Origin: Planctomycetota bacterium
GTDB taxonomy: Bacteria > Planctomycetota > SZUA-567 > H5-PLA8
Assembly (NCBI GenBank): GCA_045863855.1
Contig: BTVV01000136.1
Span: 1-15,919 of the forward strand
Length of the DNA stretch: 15,919 bases
Direction: 5' to 3'
Position 1 is the first letter of the stretch. Each line of letters starts with the position of its first letter. The translations under genes and the position numbers were made by a program. The notes beneath the pieces were generated by a model. The model was not told the DNA's origin. It worked only from the letters and a program-made list of their open reading frames with translations, and ran no database searches. Positions 1 through 7,474 of the stretch are shown here, one piece after another.

Positions 1-29
1 CGCTGCCCGTGCCTATTTAAAGGAAGCCG

Positions 30-1325
30 ATGTCCGAATCCGATTCCAATCCTGCCGGCGTAGCCGTGATCGGCGCCGGCGGCGCGGGCCTCCTGGCCGG
101 TATCGCAGCCGCCGGAGCCGGCGCGCGCACGCTGTTGTACGAACGCATGCCCAAGCCCGCGAAAAAGGTCGCCATCAGCGGCGGCGGGCGCTGCAATTTT
201 TCCAATACGCTGGAACCGCGCGCGTTCGTGCGCGAGTTCGGCGATCCGCACGTCAAGCACTTGGGCCACGCGCTCAAGGTCTTCGACAACAAGGCATTGA
301 TCGAATTGCTGAAGAAGTACGGCGTCGAAGGCGAGTTGGAGCGCCACTACCGGCTCTACACCAGCAGCGGCCGCGGGCAAGATGTCGTCGACGCGCTGGT
401 GAAGGAGTTTCTCGCGCGCGGCGGCGAATTGTTTACGAACGCCCACGTGGGTCAGATCGAAGCCGATCCGGCCGGCGGCTTCCTGCTGCGGGGCACGTTC
501 GCGCAGCGCGACGAGACACGGCACGCGCGGACCGTGGTCGTCTGCACCGGCGGGCTCAGTTATCCGCAAACGGGCAGCACCGGCGACGGCTATCAATGGG
601 CGCGCGGTACGGGGCACGCCGTGACGCCCCTGCGCGCGGCGCTGGTCGGATTGCGGCTGGAGGAGGAGTGGCCGCGCAAGCTGAGCGGCACCGCGTGGCC
701 CGATGCCGCGTGCCGGCTATGGCGCATCGAAGATCTCCCCGCGCGTAAGCCCGTCGCCACCGAGCGCAAGGAGATGCTTTTCACGCACTTCGGCATCTCG
801 GGACCGGCGATCCTCGATCTCTCCAACGCCTACGTCCTCGCCGGCCTGGACCGCGCTCGGCTGACGATCGACTTTTTTCCGGATCGTTCGCGCGAAGACC
901 TGGAGCGCGAAATGCTGGAGCGCCTGCAGAGCAGCGCGCATCGGCCGCCGCGCCTGGCGCTGTTGGGTATGCTGCCTGCACGGCTGCTCGACGCGCTGGA
1001 AGTTCAAGTCTGCGGGACGCACGCCCCGCCCTCGCAGCGCGTGACGCGCGAACAGCGCCGCGCGCTCCTGGATCGTTTTAAGCAGCTTGAGCTGACCGTG
1101 CTCGGCACGCGCGGGATGGAATGGGGCGAGGTGACGGCCGGCGGGCTCGACTGGAAGGATATCGATCCGCGCACCATGGAATCGAAGCGCGTGCCGGGAC
1201 TGTACTTTGCCGGCGAGATTCTCGACCTCGCCGGACGCTGCGGCGGCTTCAACCTCCAGGCCGCCTTCAGCACCGGGTATTTGGCGGGACAATCCGCGGC
1301 ACGAACGGCAGCGGCGACCTCTTGA
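30..1325 (+). CDS. HI0933/YhiN/BaiN-family NAD(P)/FAD-dependent flavoprotein
   Basis: FAD motif VIGAGGAG plus family motifs SGGGRCNFSN, TGGLSYPQTGSTGDGY, LFTHFGISGPAIL, TMESK..PGLYFAGEILD and GGFNLQAAFSTG. AAAGGA lies upstream of the ATG. Confidence 0.93.
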   Translation: MSESDSNPAGVAVIGAGGAGLLAGIAAAGAGARTLLYERMPKPAKKVAISGGGRCNFSNTLEPRAFVREFGDPHVKHLGHALKVFDNKALIELLKKYGVEGELERHYRLYTSSGRGQDVVDALVKEFLARGGELFTNAHVGQIEADPAGGFLLRGTFAQRDETRHARTVVVCTGGLSYPQTGSTGDGYQWARGTGHAVTPLRAALVGLRLEEEWPRKLSGTAWPDAACRLWRIEDLPARKPVATERKEMLFTHFGISGPAILDLSNAYVLAGLDRARLTIDFFPDRSREDLEREMLERLQSSAHRPPRLALLGMLPARLLDALEVQVCGTHAPPSQRVTREQRRALLDRFKQLELTVLGTRGMEWGEVTAGGLDWKDIDPRTMESKRVPGLYFAGEILDLAGRCGGFNLQAAFSTGYLAGQSAARTAAATS

Positions 1326-1405
1326 TAGTACGCGTGCGAATACATCCACACGCAGCATAATGGTTCGCTCCGGACTCGTTAGTCCGAACCGCATGGAGGT
1401 TGCGC

Positions 1406-2230
1406 ATGCCGCGCCGACCGCCTCGAAATTTTAAGTCTTCACGCGCCGCGCCTGTCGAATCCGAAGGGCCGAAGGTCGGCAAGCACGAGAAGGAATTCGG
1501 CGTGCCGATCCCGGGCGCGATATTGCCGCAAGAATACTGGACGCAGACGGCCATAAAGGAGTGGCCCGCCGATGGCTTCCTGAACTGGGAGGAGCTCTTC
1601 GGGCGCAAGGCACCGGTCGTCGCCGACTTGGGTTGCGGAAACGGGCGCTATCTGCTGGGCAGTTCGTTGTACCGCCCGCAATTCGATCATCTTGGCGTAG
1701 ACATCCTGCCGGTGGTGATCCGCTACGCGCGGCGGCGCGGCAATCAGCGCGGCTTCAAGAACCTGCGCTTCGCGGTGGGCGAAGAACGCGTGGTGCTCGA
1801 AAAGTACATACCGCCGGGCTCGCTGCACGAGCTTCACGTTTACCACCCGCAGCCGTATTACGATCCGGGTGAAATCCATAAGCGCCAGATCACGCCGCGC
1901 TTTTTATGGCTCGCGCACCGAGCGTTGGAGCCGGGCGGGCTGCTGGTGCTCCAGACCGATCATCCGGCGTACTGGAAATACATGCTGCAGGTGGCGCCGA
2001 TCTTCTTCGAGTTCGAGGCGCATCCTGAGCCGTGGGAAGACGCGCCGAGGGGGCGCACGCGGCGCGAGATTCTTGCACGCAAGCGGGGGCTGCAGATTTT
2101 CCGAGGCGTGGGCCGCGCGCGCACCGACCTGGACCCGGCCGAAGCGCAGCGACGCGCCGAAGCGCTGCCGCCGCCGGTCTTCAACGCCGACCGACGCCTG
2201 ATCGAACTGGATCGCATGGAACGCGTGTAG
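1406..2230 (+). CDS. trmB: tRNA (guanine-N7)-methyltransferase TrmB-like
   Basis: SAM motif I DLGCGNG, LGVD, NLRF, HPQPY...HKRQI (TrmB FPDPW..HKRRL equivalent) and QTDHPAY. Start moved to ATG 1406, which follows GGAGG at 1395-1399. Confidence 0.85.
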   Translation: MPRRPPRNFKSSRAAPVESEGPKVGKHEKEFGVPIPGAILPQEYWTQTAIKEWPADGFLNWEELFGRKAPVVADLGCGNGRYLLGSSLYRPQFDHLGVDILPVVIRYARRRGNQRGFKNLRFAVGEERVVLEKYIPPGSLHELHVYHPQPYYDPGEIHKRQITPRFLWLAHRALEPGGLLVLQTDHPAYWKYMLQVAPIFFEFEAHPEPWEDAPRGRTRREILARKRGLQIFRGVGRARTDLDPAEAQRRAEALPPPVFNADRRLIELDRMERV

Positions 2231-2236
2231 CCGGCG

Positions 2237-3274
2237 TTACGCGTCCACGTCCAGCACGATCTTCCCGAACTGCGCGCCGGCTTCCATGCGCTGCACGGCC
2301 TCGGCGTACTGTTCCAACTTGTACACGCGGTCCACGACCGGACGCAGGTGCGCCATGCCGACAGCCGAGAGCAGACACTGGAAATCTTCCAGGCTGCCCA
2401 TCGTCGAACCGATCAGGCTGATGTGATTCCAATACAAGAGCTGCAGGTTGACGGTGGCCTCGCGGCCGCCGGTGACGCCGCAGGTGACGATGCGCCCGCC
2501 TCGGCGGACGGCTTCGAAGCTGATCGGAAACGTCGGTGCGCCGACGGTATCGAACGCGATATCCGCGCCGCGCCCGCCGGTCAGTTCGCGAACCTTCTCG
2601 GCCACCTTCGCCTCGGTCTTGTAGTTGATCCCGTGAGCCGCGCCGAGTCCCTTCGCGCGCGCGAGCTTCTCGTCGCTCCCACTGGTGACGATCGCCTTCC
2701 CGCCGGTCATCTTGACGATCTGGAGCGCCGCGAGCGCCACGCCGCCGCCGATGCCGTGAATCAGCACCGTTTCTCCGACGCGGAAGCGCGCACGCGGAAA
2801 CAGCATGTGCCACGCCGTCAGGTGCGCCAACGGCAAGGCCGCGGCTTCGGGCCAGCTTAGATGCAGGGGTTTGTGCGCCACGTTTACGGCGGGCACGACG
2901 ATGTATTCCGCATGCGTACCGGGAAGCTGGAAGCCCAGCAGCCTGAACTTCGGGCACTCGCTGTGATCGCCGCGCTTGCACCAGCCGCATTGCATGCAGC
3001 TCACGCCGGCGTTGATCACGACCTCGTCGCCCGGCGCCAGGCCTTCCACGCCTTCGCCCAACTGCTCCACGAGGCCCGCGGCATCGCTGCCCAGCACATG
3101 CGCCTGCTTGATTTCCGCTCCGGGGCGGCCTTTGCGCACCCAGACGTCGAGGTGATTCAGCGCCGAAGCCTTGATTCGCACCAGCACTTCGCCGTGCTTG
3201 GGCACGGGCTTGTCGATTTGGCCGATCTGGACCGCTTCCGGTCCCCCGAAATTCCGGATAAAGGCGGCGCGCAT
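2237..3274 (-). CDS. Zinc-binding MDR-family alcohol dehydrogenase/quinone oxidoreductase-like protein
   Basis: ALNHLD and GSDAAG replace the catalytic-Zn Cys and GHE motifs. The structural-Zn lobe CMQCGWC...C is retained. Also HGIGGGVA and C-terminal FGKIVL. GGGGGA upstream. Confidence 0.9.
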   Translation of the reverse strand: MRAAFIRNFGGPEAVQIGQIDKPVPKHGEVLVRIKASALNHLDVWVRKGRPGAEIKQAHVLGSDAAGLVEQLGEGVEGLAPGDEVVINAGVSCMQCGWCKRGDHSECPKFRLLGFQLPGTHAEYIVVPAVNVAHKPLHLSWPEAAALPLAHLTAWHMLFPRARFRVGETVLIHGIGGGVALAALQIVKMTGGKAIVTSGSDEKLARAKGLGAAHGINYKTEAKVAEKVRELTGGRGADIAFDTVGAPTFPISFEAVRRGGRIVTCGVTGGREATVNLQLLYWNHISLIGSTMGSLEDFQCLLSAVGMAHLRPVVDRVYKLEQYAEAVQRMEAGAQFGKIVLDVDA

Positions 3275-3306
3275 GTTTGAGTTCCCCCGGTGTGTCGGCA
3301 GGCGCG

Positions 3307-3335
3307 AGATTAGATCGAACGCCGCACAAATTCAA
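3307..3335 (-). promoter_or_regulatory. Putative sigma70-type promoter for the MDR oxidoreductase
   Basis: Minus strand reads TTGAAT-17 nt-TAATCT in the intergenic gap. Confidence 0.4.
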
Positions 3336-3357
3336 CCCAAGGGAGCCGCTCGGAGCT

Positions 3358-3720
3358 TCAGGTCTTCGACCAAAGCCCCAGACGGTTGCCGTTGGGATCC
3401 TTGAAGAGCGCGTAGAATCCGTAGCCGCCGCCGATCTCGGTTTTTCCTTTCACGACGGCGCCGCCGGCCTTGGCGATCTCTTCGAGCTTGGCGGGGATGT
3501 CCTCCACACCCAGCACGACGTTCATGCCGTCGTCGCGCGGAGCCATATCGGCGGAGAATCCGCCGCCGAGGTCGCCGGCGTGCCAGATGCAATAGTTCGG
3601 CCCAAGCTGCTCGCCGATCTCCCAACCGAAGACCTCCCCGTAAAAGCGCATGGCCTTGGCCAGATCGGGCGCGGGTACTTCGATGTGACAAACTGCACAG
3701 ACCGGCTTCGAAGCAGACAT
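3358..3720 (-). CDS. VOC/glyoxalase/bleomycin-resistance family protein
   Basis: HIEVPAPDLAKAMRFYGEVFGW, VEDI...GGAV and ALFKDPNGNRLGLW. AAGGAG lies 8 nt before the ATG. Confidence 0.92.
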   Translation of the reverse strand: MSASKPVCAVCHIEVPAPDLAKAMRFYGEVFGWEIGEQLGPNYCIWHAGDLGGGFSADMAPRDDGMNVVLGVEDIPAKLEEIAKAGGAVVKGKTEIGGGYGFYALFKDPNGNRLGLWSKT

Positions 3721-3767
3721 GATTCATGCTCCTTATTATTCAAAGCGTACCGAGCCGCACGGTACGA

Positions 3768-4886
3768 TCAGGCTTCCAGACTCGCAACCGAGCCGCCCCA
3801 TTCCGAGGCGAGCGCCTCCGCTTCACCGCGCTCTGGCGTCAGCGCAAACCAGTCCGCGGCGCGCAACGCCGAAAGGTCCAGGTCGCCCGGCAGGCGCCAT
3901 TCGGCCTCGACGGACCAGTCCGCGTCGAGTGGCGCGCAGAGCTGCGCGAAACGGCGCTCCGCGTCGGGCAATTCGGTCAGTGCTTCGTGCGGCAGATACC
4001 GAACGGGCCTGGCGCCCAGCTCCTCTAGTGCCGCTTTGCGTATCGCCACGCCGTAGGGCCGGAAGGTCCAGCGCCGCAAACCCTTGCGCCAGCGGATCAG
4101 CTCGGGGAGTTCCTGCGGCGGGCGGGCGGTAAAGCTGACCATCGCTTCACGTGCGGGCATCAGGCGTCCGGAGCCCATAATGCGCTGCTGCGCCAGGATG
4201 CGGCGCAGCGCCGCCGCCGCGTCGCGCGAACGGCCGGGTGTGCCGTGCAGCAACCATCTCAAGTACTCGGCGTAGGTCTCGCCCGGCCATACGCCATCGG
4301 GCTCGCGCGTATAGTGAGTCAGGCAATCCCACGCTTCGAAAGTCCGCAAGTTCGAAGGGGACCAAAGCGCCGGCTTGGGGGCGCCGCGCGCTTCGGCCTC
4401 TCCGACCTCAAAACTTCGATCCAGCGCCACGCCCCGAGTCCCAAGTTCGGCCTCCACCGCCGCCATATTCCCGCCCTTGCGCACCGCGAGGACAGACGCG
4501 CGATCGGCCAAATCGGCGATGCGGCGGTCGCGCAACGCTCGCGCTTCACGTTTGGGCGATGCGCCAAGCGGCGCCACGATCAAGCGGCGCGCGGGCAGCC
4601 AAGCCTCCGCATCCTTTAAGTGTTTGTCTGCGCCGAGCGGCGCTTCGAGCACCACGATCGCCGCGCCGCCGGCTTCACGGCAAGCCTCAAGCGCCAAGTC
4701 GTACGGCTCGCGGCCCAGCCCCGTAACAAGCGCTTCCCCTGCGGCGGCGCTGGCGCGCACGCATTCCGCCACCGCGCGCACCCACGGCGTGCCGGGTTCG
4801 GCCCCGCGCGGCGTGCGGCTGATAAGCAGCATCCGCCGCGGGGCGTCGAGCAGCGCGAGGTCGCCGGATGGCTGGACCTGATCCAT
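3768..4886 (-). CDS. Hypothetical two-domain protein: DprA/SLOG-like N-terminus plus AbiGi/DarT-like ADP-ribosyltransferase-fold C-terminus
   Basis: 372 aa from ATG 4886 (the track's 4982 start runs through the pyrF promoter region). N-terminus: GDLALL..MLLISR..LVTGLG..AIVVL..RDRRIADLA..VLAVRKGG. C-terminus: LTHYT..LRRIL..VSFT..YGVAI..PVRY..EAEWR. Confidence 0.65.
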   Translation of the reverse strand: MDQVQPSGDLALLDAPRRMLLISRTPRGAEPGTPWVRAVAECVRASAAAGEALVTGLGREPYDLALEACREAGGAAIVVLEAPLGADKHLKDAEAWLPARRLIVAPLGASPKREARALRDRRIADLADRASVLAVRKGGNMAAVEAELGTRGVALDRSFEVGEAEARGAPKPALWSPSNLRTFEAWDCLTHYTREPDGVWPGETYAEYLRWLLHGTPGRSRDAAAALRRILAQQRIMGSGRLMPAREAMVSFTARPPQELPELIRWRKGLRRWTFRPYGVAIRKAALEELGARPVRYLPHEALTELPDAERRFAQLCAPLDADWSVEAEWRLPGDLDLSALRAADWFALTPERGEAEALASEWGGSVASLEA

Positions 4887-4894
4887 ACAACGCG

Positions 4895-4923
4895 ACGTTA
4901 ATCGCTGCTCGGCGATCCGTAAA
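4895..4923 (-). promoter_or_regulatory. Putative sigma70-type promoter, near-leaderless, for the SLOG-ART gene
   Basis: Minus strand reads TTTACG-17 nt-TAACGT, 8 nt before ATG 4886. No Shine-Dalgarno sequence. Confidence 0.4.
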
Positions 4924-4938
4924 CGGCGCGGCCGCAGT

Positions 4939-4973
4939 CTACCGTTTACCGTTCGCCGCTCACCGTTTACCAT
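4939..4973 (+). repeat. Imperfect 7-bp tandem repeat, 5 copies
   Basis: ctaccgt ttaccgt tcgccgc tcaccgt ttaccat. Confidence 0.8.
4945..4973 (+). promoter_or_regulatory. Putative sigma70-type promoter for a leaderless pyrF mRNA
   Basis: TTTACC (4945-4950)-17 nt-TACCAT (4968-4973), 7 nt before ATG 4981. No Shine-Dalgarno sequence. Confidence 0.5.
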
Positions 4974-4980
4974 ACCGCGC

Positions 4981-5928
4981 ATGAATCACTTCGCCGACCG
5001 ACTCATTGCCGCCGTCCGAGCCAAGGGCAATCCCGTCTGCGCGGGCCTCGATCCGCGCTTCGACCAATTGCCGGCCGCCATTCGCGATTCCGCCATTCGC
5101 ACGCACGGCAAGACGGCCAAAGCCGTCGCCGAGGCGTTCATCGAATTCAACCGCGAACTCCTCGACGCGCTGGCCGATCTCGTCCCCGTCTGCAAGCCGC
5201 AGGTGGCGTTTTACGAAGAGTTCGGCCACGAAGGGATGCGCGCGTACGCCGAGACGATGCGGCACGCCAAAGCCCGCGGTTTCGTCACGATCGGGGACGC
5301 CAAGCGCGGCGATATCGGAAGCACCGCGGTGGCGTATGCGCGCGCGCACTTGGGCGGGATGAGCATTACCGGCGGAGAAAGCGTGGGGTTCGAATCGGAC
5401 GCGCTGACCGTGAACCCGTATCTCGGCCACGATACGCTGATGCCATACCTCGAGATCGGCGCGCAGAATGGCAACGGACTCTTCGTGCTGGTCAAGACCA
5501 GCAACCCCGGCAGCGGGGATTTGCAAGACCTCAAGGCCGAAGGCAAGCCCGTCTACGAACACGTGGCCGAGATGGTCAACAAGCTGGGCGAGAAGCATCG
5601 CGGCGCGAGCGGCTTCCACATCGTTGGAGCGGTGGTCGGCGCGACGTACCCGCAGCAACTCACCGAACTGCGCGAGAAAATGCCGGAAGCGCTGCTTTTG
5701 ATCCCCGGTTACGGCGCGCAAGGCGGCACCGCGGAGGATGCGGCGCGCGGGTTTCACCGGGACGGGCTGGGCGCGGTGGTAAATAACTCGCGCGCGCTGA
5801 TCTTCGCCTACAAGGAAAGTGCGTACGCCAAGGAGTTCGGGGAAACGCGCTTCGCGGATGCCGCGCGCGCCGCGGCCCAACGCATGGCCGAAGAACTCAA
5901 CGCCGCGCTCGCGAAGTGCCGCGCCTGA
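4981..5928 (+). CDS. pyrF: Orotidine-5'-phosphate decarboxylase (type 2 subfamily)
   Basis: CAGLDP, KPQVAFY, catalytic DAKRGDIGST, TVNPYLG, VKTSN, GAVVGAT, PGYGAQGG and NNSR. Confidence 0.96.
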   Translation: MNHFADRLIAAVRAKGNPVCAGLDPRFDQLPAAIRDSAIRTHGKTAKAVAEAFIEFNRELLDALADLVPVCKPQVAFYEEFGHEGMRAYAETMRHAKARGFVTIGDAKRGDIGSTAVAYARAHLGGMSITGGESVGFESDALTVNPYLGHDTLMPYLEIGAQNGNGLFVLVKTSNPGSGDLQDLKAEGKPVYEHVAEMVNKLGEKHRGASGFHIVGAVVGATYPQQLTELREKMPEALLLIPGYGAQGGTAEDAARGFHRDGLGAVVNNSRALIFAYKESAYAKEFGETRFADAARAAAQRMAEELNAALAKCRA

Positions 5929-5931
5929 GCT

Positions 5932-7113
5932 TCAAAATCCTTCGAAACCGAAGCGGTGACCCTTGCGCTTGCGCGCGGCCTCGGCCTGCGTCGGCGTGGG
6001 CGACGTTTCATCCGGTTTCTTCGGCCGCTTCGGCGGCGGCGGAGCTTTGACCAGCATCGGAGCCTCCCCGTTCAGCAGGCGCTGCAACTCTTCGGCCAGC
6101 GCCTGCCCCGTCGGGTACCGCTCGTTGGGATTCTTCTTCAGCAGCTTCAGGATCACCTGCGCCAGCGCATCGGAAAGCGTCGGATTAAGCGTGCGCGGAT
6201 CGGGCGGAGGATCGTTCACGTGCTTCAGCATCACGTCGCTGAAGTGCTCAGCCTCGAAAGGAAGCTGTCCCGTCACGCACTGGAAGAGCACCACGCCGAG
6301 GCTGTAGAGATCCGTGCCCGGCGTGAGGTCGCGTTCGCCTTGGGCCTGTTCGGGCGAGATGTAATGCGGCGTACCGACCGCCAGGCCGTCTTTGGTCAGC
6401 GGCTGGAACTGCGGCCCCAGCGCGCGCGCCAATCCCAGGTCCATCAGCTTCGCCACGCCGTCGAACGTCATCATGATGTTTTCGGGCTTCACGTCGCGGT
6501 GCACGTAATTGCGTTCGTGCGCGTGATGCAGGGCTTCCGCGATCTGGCGGCAGATGTCCATCGCATCGTGCTCGGAGACCGTCCCGCCGTTGCGCGCCAG
6601 GCGCTTATCGAGCGACTCGCCTTCCACGAACTCCATGGCCAGGAAATGCCGGCCTTGGTTCACGCCGACGTCGATGCCCACGACGATGTTGGGATGATTC
6701 AGCTTCGCCACCGCGCGCGCTTCGCGCTGGAAGCGCAGGAGCAATTCCTGATTTTGCGCCAGCTCCCCGTGCAAAATCTTCAACGCAATGATGCGGTCCA
6801 GGTGAACTTGCCGCGCCTTGTAGACCGTGCCCATCCCGCCGGTGCCGATCACGCCCATCAACTCGTAATCGCCGAACAGGTTCCCCTTCGGCTTGGGCGG
6901 CGCCTCGCGCGTCAGTTGCGTGAGCTGTTCCTTGGTTAAGTAGCCGCGTTCGACCAGTACTTCTTCCAAGGACTTCTTCGTACCGCTGAGCTTGAGCGAC
7001 TGCTGAATCTTGATCGCTTCCTGAATCTGGTGTTTGGTGATCTGTTTGCGCTGAAACGCGAGCACCAGGTGCGGGTAACGCTCTTTGAGGGTTTGGGCGA
7101 TGGAACCTTCCAT
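5932..7113 (-). CDS. Soluble Hanks-type Ser/Thr protein kinase with an N-terminal MshEN-like helical module
   Basis: GTGGMGTV, ALKIL, HRDVKPEN, DLGLA and GTPHYISPE. No TM segment; Pro/Lys-rich tail. ATG 7113 follows GGAGG. Confidence 0.92.
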   Translation of the reverse strand: MEGSIAQTLKERYPHLVLAFQRKQITKHQIQEAIKIQQSLKLSGTKKSLEEVLVERGYLTKEQLTQLTREAPPKPKGNLFGDYELMGVIGTGGMGTVYKARQVHLDRIIALKILHGELAQNQELLLRFQREARAVAKLNHPNIVVGIDVGVNQGRHFLAMEFVEGESLDKRLARNGGTVSEHDAMDICRQIAEALHHAHERNYVHRDVKPENIMMTFDGVAKLMDLGLARALGPQFQPLTKDGLAVGTPHYISPEQAQGERDLTPGTDLYSLGVVLFQCVTGQLPFEAEHFSDVMLKHVNDPPPDPRTLNPTLSDALAQVILKLLKKNPNERYPTGQALAEELQRLLNGEAPMLVKAPPPPKRPKKPDETSPTPTQAEAARKRKGHRFGFEGF

Positions 7114-7210
7114 CGGAGGAACCTCCACCCGAATGCGGGCGCCGCGGGCAGTACCACGGACTACTTTAGCGCGCGTGCGAAGCGCCGCCAGCCTCTTCGT
7201 TACAATTCAC

Positions 7211-7347
7211 AGACCGCCCGGTCGTGAAGTACCTCACGTGTGCAGTGTGCCGTCGAAACGAATGCGTAACTCACGACTTGCGTTAGGCTTCACGCGTGCA
7301 TGAGCCGCCTCGCAGTTACCTAGACGGCAGCTCGAAACACGCGGTCT
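7211..7347. ncRNA. Candidate structured RNA, family and strand unknown
   Basis: Nested complementary segments: 7211-7217/7341-7347, 7248-7254/7323-7329, 7266-7271/7314-7319, 7280-7282/7311-7313 and 7285-7288/7307-7310, plus side hairpin 7223-7238. Confidence 0.3.
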
Positions 7348-7474
7348 CGCGCCGCCCGGAACAGCATATATCGCATTGCGTAAGACGCCAGCGCGGGTGC
7401 GCGGCGAGTGGCCCGCGCGGCGGCGCTCGGGTAGACTCCCCGCCTTCGATCCAACCGGAGCGCCTTGCACGCAC

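Noticed and set aside
2181..3335. 384-aa alternative-frame ORF over the MDR oxidoreductase
   Set aside because: Arg/Gly/Ala-rich off-frame translation. The overlapping frame carries all the MDR motifs.
4887..4982. N-terminal extension MRGMVNGERRTVNGRL of the SLOG-ART ORF
   Set aside because: It is a translation of the heptamer repeat and promoter DNA and collides with the pyrF start. ATG 4886 fits the domain boundary better.
5956..6939. Long antisense ORFs (also 10005-11156, 7526-8482, 4960-5880, 12814-13764)
   Set aside because: They shadow well-supported genes on the opposite strand, as expected in GC-rich coding DNA, and show no recognisable motifs.
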